Assembly: GCA_017654855.1 (NCBI GenBank)
Contig: CM030332.1
Coordinates: forward strand, 5,456,001 to 5,520,000
Direction: 5' to 3'
Length of the DNA: 64,000 bases
From: Podospora anserina
Taxonomy: Eukaryota
Positions 58,916-64,000 of the stretch are shown one piece after another. The translations under genes and the position numbers were made by a program. Under the pieces are notes generated by a model, which was not told the DNA's origin, did not search any database, and was given only the letters and a program-made list of their open reading frames with translations. How positions within the stretch are numbered: position 1 is the first letter of the stretch; each line of letters opens with the position of its first letter.

Positions 58916-61900
58916 ATGGTGTCTTTCTTTGGCCTCAGAGTTGGAGGCAAGAAAAAGTGAGTGGTTGTGACATCTATGCTGGAGAAACACCCGCCAACCG
59001 TTGATGCTACAGGAAGGCGGAAACCAACCCGGCGAAGGAGCCTGAGAGGCCGAAACGGATCGATCAGAATACGCTGGGAGAAGGACAGTTCTTTGGGGTC
59101 AACACAGACGCAAAGAGTGTGTTCAATGAGGGCAGCATTCGATCGGTTTCCCGCGCTGGGGCTGGAACGCCCCAAGCCGGCGTCAGAGGCCCATATACCG
59201 AGACACACAACCTTGGCGCGGTGAGTATGTTCGACTTGGGAAGTGCCTCTCGCAGCGGCAGTCAGGCCAGCTTTCGACCAGACTTGAAGTCTCCTGCCTC
59301 CGACATGAACTTGGGTGGACGGTTCGGTGCGCAGGGCGGGTCCTCGACAAGTCTGGCCCTCCCACCCGGACCTCCTTCTAGGATGGGCTCGAGACCAGGA
59401 ACGCCAAGCGGAAGAAGCAAGGCCTGGGTCAATCCGCTGGATGTTCACTGGGCTAGAGCTACACCGACAGCACCGACCCCGTTGAAGATTCACCCTCTGG
59501 CGCAGTCCAGCATCGAGCTTCCTCCCCCAACGCCAACCAAGTCCGACGCGGGCTCTGTCTTTGGTGAAGAGGCAGATGATATGGTGGATGCTGTCATGGC
59601 CTCGGTGAAGAAGCAAGAGGAAGAAAACAAGGAAAAGGCGCGAGAGATGGAGAAGAAGAAGGAGACGGCACGTTTGGAATTGGAGAGGTTGGAGAGGCAA
59701 AAGTCAAACGAGTCCATGCTGCCTAAATCGCCGGTTGAACGACAACATCAGCTGTCTTTTTTTGACAGACCACAAAACAGTCCGACATTGCCTGGGCCAA
59801 TGTTCCGGGGCAATGTTGACCAGAGACCCAGCAGCCGAGGTGGTCCACGCCAGGATAGCCCTATCAGTCCAACCGGAGGTCAGTCACCTACTATTCATCA
59901 AGGTCCCCCTCCTACCGGGCCGCCTACCCAGTCTCTTCCCCAGCCCCCCGGTCAGGGACCGCGTCAAGGACCACGAGGACCTAATGAAGCTAGAGGGCCA
60001 CAGCAGACCAACACTCCCCCGTACAGTCCAACTCACAGTCCAACTGAGGCATCTCGGGGCGGTTTCCCCCCGAAGGCTGCTCTGGGTCCCAATCCGAACG
60101 AGCCCCCCCGGGGCCCTCCTCGGAGCTCGCCTCCTGGTCTTCGAAACGGACCGCAGAGCTTTCATCTTCATGGTCCACAACAGCGCAATTCTCCCCCGCA
60201 AAGTGCCGGTCCGTATCGTCCGCCTGGACCGCACAACAATGGACCAAGGAACGGTCCTCCTGGCCCTGGCCCACGAGGTCCCGGCTTTAATGGACCACGA
60301 TCTGAGAGTCCCATGCGCAGGCCGATGGCACCGGGGCAGTACCGATCCGAAAGCCCTGCGCGCAGGCCAATGGGCAGCGGAGGGCGTTCAGAGTCTCCCG
60401 GACCACGGTTTATGGGAAATCATCAACGTCGCCCTGAAAGCCCTGGCCCAAGGTTTAGGGGAAATAACGAGTTCCGATCAGAAAGTCCCAGACGTGTGCC
60501 TGGGAGCAATGGTCCTGGCCCTCAACAGTTTCCTCCTGGAATGGGTCCCCGACCCGGACCGGGCCCGGTTCCTCGCCCACAGGTTAATACCACCTTCGCC
60601 CCTCGTCCACAACCCGATGCAGCGGCCGTCTCTAGCCCCCAGGTCGATGCTGCCCCTGAGCTCCCAACGCCGGTGAGCGAGGCCAGAAAGTCACCGCCCC
60701 TTATTTCTACACTGACATCCCCTACGCCGTCAACTGCAAGATCATCTGTTGATGATGAATTTCTGGACCAGCTTACCACTCCGCCTGTTATCCGGGATGT
60801 CAGTGCGAAGCGGGACACTCTCCATGCGACTCACCGTGCTGAACAGAGCTTGTCTATGAAGATAGAAGAGCTGGAAAAGACCATCCTCTCTCAACATGTC
60901 TTGAAGCCAAGAACGACAAATCTGGCCCCTGCGCCTGTCAACCACAGAATGAGCACCGCGAGCAGCTGCTATAGCAACGACATGCCCGATGCGAAGGACG
61001 ACGAGCATGATGAGGACGACAACGATGAGCCAATCTTGTCTATTCAACCTGCTCCATTGCGGATCCCCTCTCCTCTGCCTCCTTCCGTGGCGGCTGCTGT
61101 CACAAGCCCAGTCCAGTCCCCTGGAAGTCCCATCCGAGCACCCAAGGCCGGTCAAAGGCCCAGACGCCCCGGTCTTGAGGAATATGGTGTTGCCAGCAGC
61201 CAGCTGAGCTCTCCCCGCGCCCGCGTCCCAACCCCAGTACCCGCCACCCTGACCAGCCCAACAGACAACAACAGCATCCGTAGCTTCCACACAGCCAACA
61301 ACTCTCCTCCCTCTCGCTCCACCACACCCCTCAAATCCAAGCCCAGTCTCCCTATCCTCGTCCCTCCTACAACCGCATCCACCACCGCCATCTCCCCAGC
61401 CGAACCGCCCAAACCAATCCCCTTCATCGACACCGGCTTCCAGTTCGACTTTGGCACTACCACCACCACCACCACCGGCCCCTTAACCCCCGACTCCTCC
61501 CACTGGCACGTCAGCTCCCCCGTCACCGAATCCGCCGCTGCCCCAGGCGTAGCTATCGCCTCCGCCCCCGCTCCCACCACCACCTCACCATCATCACCAG
61601 AGGATACCGACCTTCCCAAATTCACCCGCCCCAACGTCCCCCCCCCCCTCAAGCTCAAGTTCAATTTCTCCCCCGAGGCCTCCTCCCGCGATCCCACCTT
61701 TGGCACCCTCACCCCACCGTTATACTCGGCACCCCCCATGATCGCCGTCAACGACGGCCGTCCGTCCACCTCGGCGGGGTACAACCCTTTCCCCCACGGC
61801 GGGCTGCAAGCCTCCCCGCAGTTGATCTCTCAGTTTCCAGAAAGCATGAAGGACGAGAACAGGTTGAGTTTCATGGGGATTGGCGTGGCGAGGGGGCCGA

Positions 61901-61989
61901 GCATCAGGGAGGTGAGGAGGCCGGGGACGAGCCACGGCACCGGGCAGGGGCATAGAATGGTGGATAGTTTTGGGACGGGGTTCATCTGA
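58916..61989 (+). CDS. Large Pro/Ser/Gly-rich disordered protein
   Basis: First exon MVSFFGLRVGGKKK then GTGAGT intron to ~59012; long ORF with WVNPLDVH and repeated RSESP motifs. Confidence 0.8.
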
Positions 61990-62014
61990 CACACACACAC
62001 ACACACACACACAC
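61989..62014. repeat. (AC)n microsatellite
   Basis: Perfect AC run directly after the stop codon. Confidence 0.9.
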
Positions 62015-62139
62015 TCGTTCGTTTTTCTTTATTAGCTGTGGTTATATTTCGTGTAAATATTTTTTGTGTATCAACCAACCCCTTTTTGTGATGAATATCT
62101 GGAAAAGAGAACAGACATTGGATACCAGGAAAGAGCAGG

Positions 62140-62142
<3 letters not shown>

Positions 62143-62182
<40 letters not shown>
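62143..62182. repeat. (ATC)n microsatellite
   Basis: About 13 perfect units between two convergent 3' ends. Confidence 0.9.
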
Positions 62183-62279
62183 ATCATGGGCTCTGTTTCC
62201 ACAGGGCCGAAAGAGAATAAAATCCTGAACTTTGTCACACCACTTCATTGTGTCCGCTTTGTATATATCCGTCCATCCA

Positions 62280-63929
62280 TCACCCCAAGAAATTCCTCAC
62301 CATCCCCCCCACATTCTTCACATCCAGCAGAAACGTATCATGTCCAAACAGACTCTGCTCCTCGCTCAGCTCATAATGCGCCACGTTCCTGTTCCCCGCC
62401 ATCCTCAACGCCTCCGCAATCTCCCTCTGCTGCCACGCCGGGAACAAAATATCGCTCGCCACCCCCATCACCAGCACCGGGTGATCCCACAGCACCGACA
62501 ACCCAGCCACCAAATCCGCCGGCGGCTTCTGCCCCGGCCCCGAGTAATTGCTTCCCCCACTACCGAACGAGCTCCCCCCAAACCCAAGCCCATCCCTCTC
62601 AAACTCCTCGTGGTGCTCCGGCTGCTCCTCATAAGGCGTATCCGGCAACGTCAAACTACACGCGTCTTGCTGATAACCCCCCTGCCCACCCCCCTCCCTC
62701 AACGCCTTCTCCCTCTCTGCCCTCTTGGCCCGAATCGCAACCTGGTTCTCCCTCCCCAAATCAAACAAATCCATCGCCTTGCTCACATAAATCAGACTGT
62801 TCGGATCATACGTCAGGCAAAACTTCTCCCCCGCATGATCCAGATACGTCTCCACCAAAAAGTCCGGGCACAGCGCAGGCGGTTTGTCCTTGTCCGCCCT
62901 CCTCCTCCCAAACCTCTGCTCCCATTCCGGGCCGGACCGGTACGTGATGGTGGCGATCTCCCTCGCGAGCTTCATCCCGACGTGGGGGGGGATTTGGCCG
63001 TAGTAGTACCCCCTGTTCCAGTTGGGGTCGTTGAGGATCGCTTTGCGCTGGACGTACCGCATCGCGATGCTATACGGGTGCGACCTCGCGCAGGCAGAGA
63101 TGCTCACTATCCTGCCGACTCTCTCCGGGAACGCGACAGCGGCGGCGAGGGATTGCATACCCCCCATGCTGGACCCGACACTGGCATGGAGCTTTTCCAC
63201 CCCTAGGTGATCCAGCAGACGGAACTGCGCGCGCACCATGTCCGTTATCGTCAGCAGCGGGAAGCGGGTCGCGTAGCGTTTGCCGTCTGAGGGGTCGATG
63301 CTGCTTGGTCCGGTAGAGCCATAACACCCCCCTATGACGTTCGTGCAGATGACAAAGTATTTGTTGGTGTCCAGGGCCAGTCCGGGACCGATAAACTTCT
63401 CCCACCACCCGGGCTGGGGGTTGGCGGCGGTGGAATGGGCGTGGGAGGAGGCGGATAGGCCCGTGTGGAGGAGGATGACGTTTGTTCGGTCGGCGTTCAT
63501 CTCCCCCCAGGTCTCATAGGCAATGTCGAATTCGACGAGCCGGCCGCCGTGGTCGAGGAGTAAGGGGTTGTTGGAGTGGAATATTTGGGTTGCGCCGACG
63601 GTGTAGGAGGGCTCGGGACCGGAGGAGGTAGAGTCGGTACGGGTTTGGGAGGCGGAGGCAGCGGCGGCCTGTTGCCGGAGGGTTGCGGAGCGGGACTCGA
63701 GGGCGTCGACGCAGGGGAAGGACATGGCGGGGTTGGAGGGGGCGCCGCTGCGGCGGGGGGGTTGGTCGTGAAGGTGACGCCGGTGAGGTTGCGCCGCCGC
63801 CGTCAAGGGTCGCATACCCGGTGCCGCCGCATTGTGGCAGAGGGGTGTCGCGGGGTTGCTGCCGGCGGCACGGGTGAGGGCGGCCGAAGCTTGTCGGAGA
63901 CTGGATGTGACTTTGGTTCGTGACTTCAT
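62280..63929 (-). CDS. cys2: Serine O-succinyl/acetyltransferase (MetX alpha/beta-hydrolase family, Cys2/CysA type), probably mitochondrial
   Basis: [29 protein letters not shown], nucleophile [28 protein letters not shown]; Arg/Ser/Ala-rich presequence from ATG 63929. Confidence 0.88.
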   Translation of the reverse strand: MKSRTKVTSSLRQASAALTRAAGSNPATPLCHNAAAPGMRPLTAAAQPHRRHLHDQPPRRSGAPSNPAMSFPCVDALESRSATLRQQAAAASASQTRTDSTSSGPEPSYTVGATQIFHSNNPLLLDHGGRLVEFDIAYETWGEMNADRTNVILLHTGLSASSHAHSTAANPQPGWWEKFIGPGLALDTNKYFVICTNVIGGCYGSTGPSSIDPSDGKRYATRFPLLTITDMVRAQFRLLDHLGVEKLHASVGSSMGGMQSLAAAVAFPERVGRIVSISACARSHPYSIAMRYVQRKAILNDPNWNRGYYYGQIPPHVGMKLAREIATITYRSGPEWEQRFGRRRADKDKPPALCPDFLVETYLDHAGEKFCLTYDPNSLIYVSKAMDLFDLGRENQVAIRAKRAEREKALREGGGQGGYQQDACSLTLPDTPYEEQPEHHEEFERDGLGFGGSSFGSGGSNYSGPGQKPPADLVAGLSVLWDHPVLVMGVASDILFPAWQQREIAEALRMAGNRNVAHYELSEEQSLFGHDTFLLDVKNVGGMVRNFLG

Positions 63930-64000
63930 GACGTTGTGGTATAGATTTGAACTTGAGTGATCTGGGCGCACCGCAAAGCAGCTCAATCGATGGCGGGTGA

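Noticed and set aside
62066-62947. Poly-His and poly-Met ORFs
   Set aside because: Translations of the (ATC)n microsatellite running antisense into cys2.
1-64000. CRISPR arrays, rRNA genes, prokaryotic operons
   Set aside because: None seen; the sequence is spliced eukaryotic DNA with no repeat-spacer array.

Overview
Eukaryotic, intron-containing DNA from a filamentous ascomycete. Gene content, short introns with CTRAC/CTAAY branch sites and RIP signatures point to Sordariales, probably Podospora-like (inference, not proven). About 23 protein-coding genes can be modelled. Recognisable ones: a laccase, MGR2/Romo1 (5 exons, missed by the ORF track), STRIPAK subunit PRO45/HAM-4/SLMAP with a GC-AG intron, a ferric reductase, a GST, an Hst2 sirtuin, two convergent Nudix hydrolases, two MFS transporters and a Cys2-type serine O-succinyltransferase. 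There are two intron-containing tRNA genes: Pro-AGG, and an unusual Ala-UGC with a 73-nt intron and G32. Two accessory-looking blocks stand out. (1) 12-19.8 kb: a 92-bp hAT-like MITE with 8-bp TSD, and a RIP-degraded solo LTR (CAAGG TSD) split by a pogo/Fot1 transposon whose three catalytic Asp codons are changed to Asn. (2) 37-46 kb: a possible immune island, where a HeLo-like/ubiquitin-like-domain protein carrying an extra conserved C-terminal domain faces an N-terminally headless, C-terminally disrupted NACHT NLR. All family assignments come from motif recognition by eye; no searches were run.
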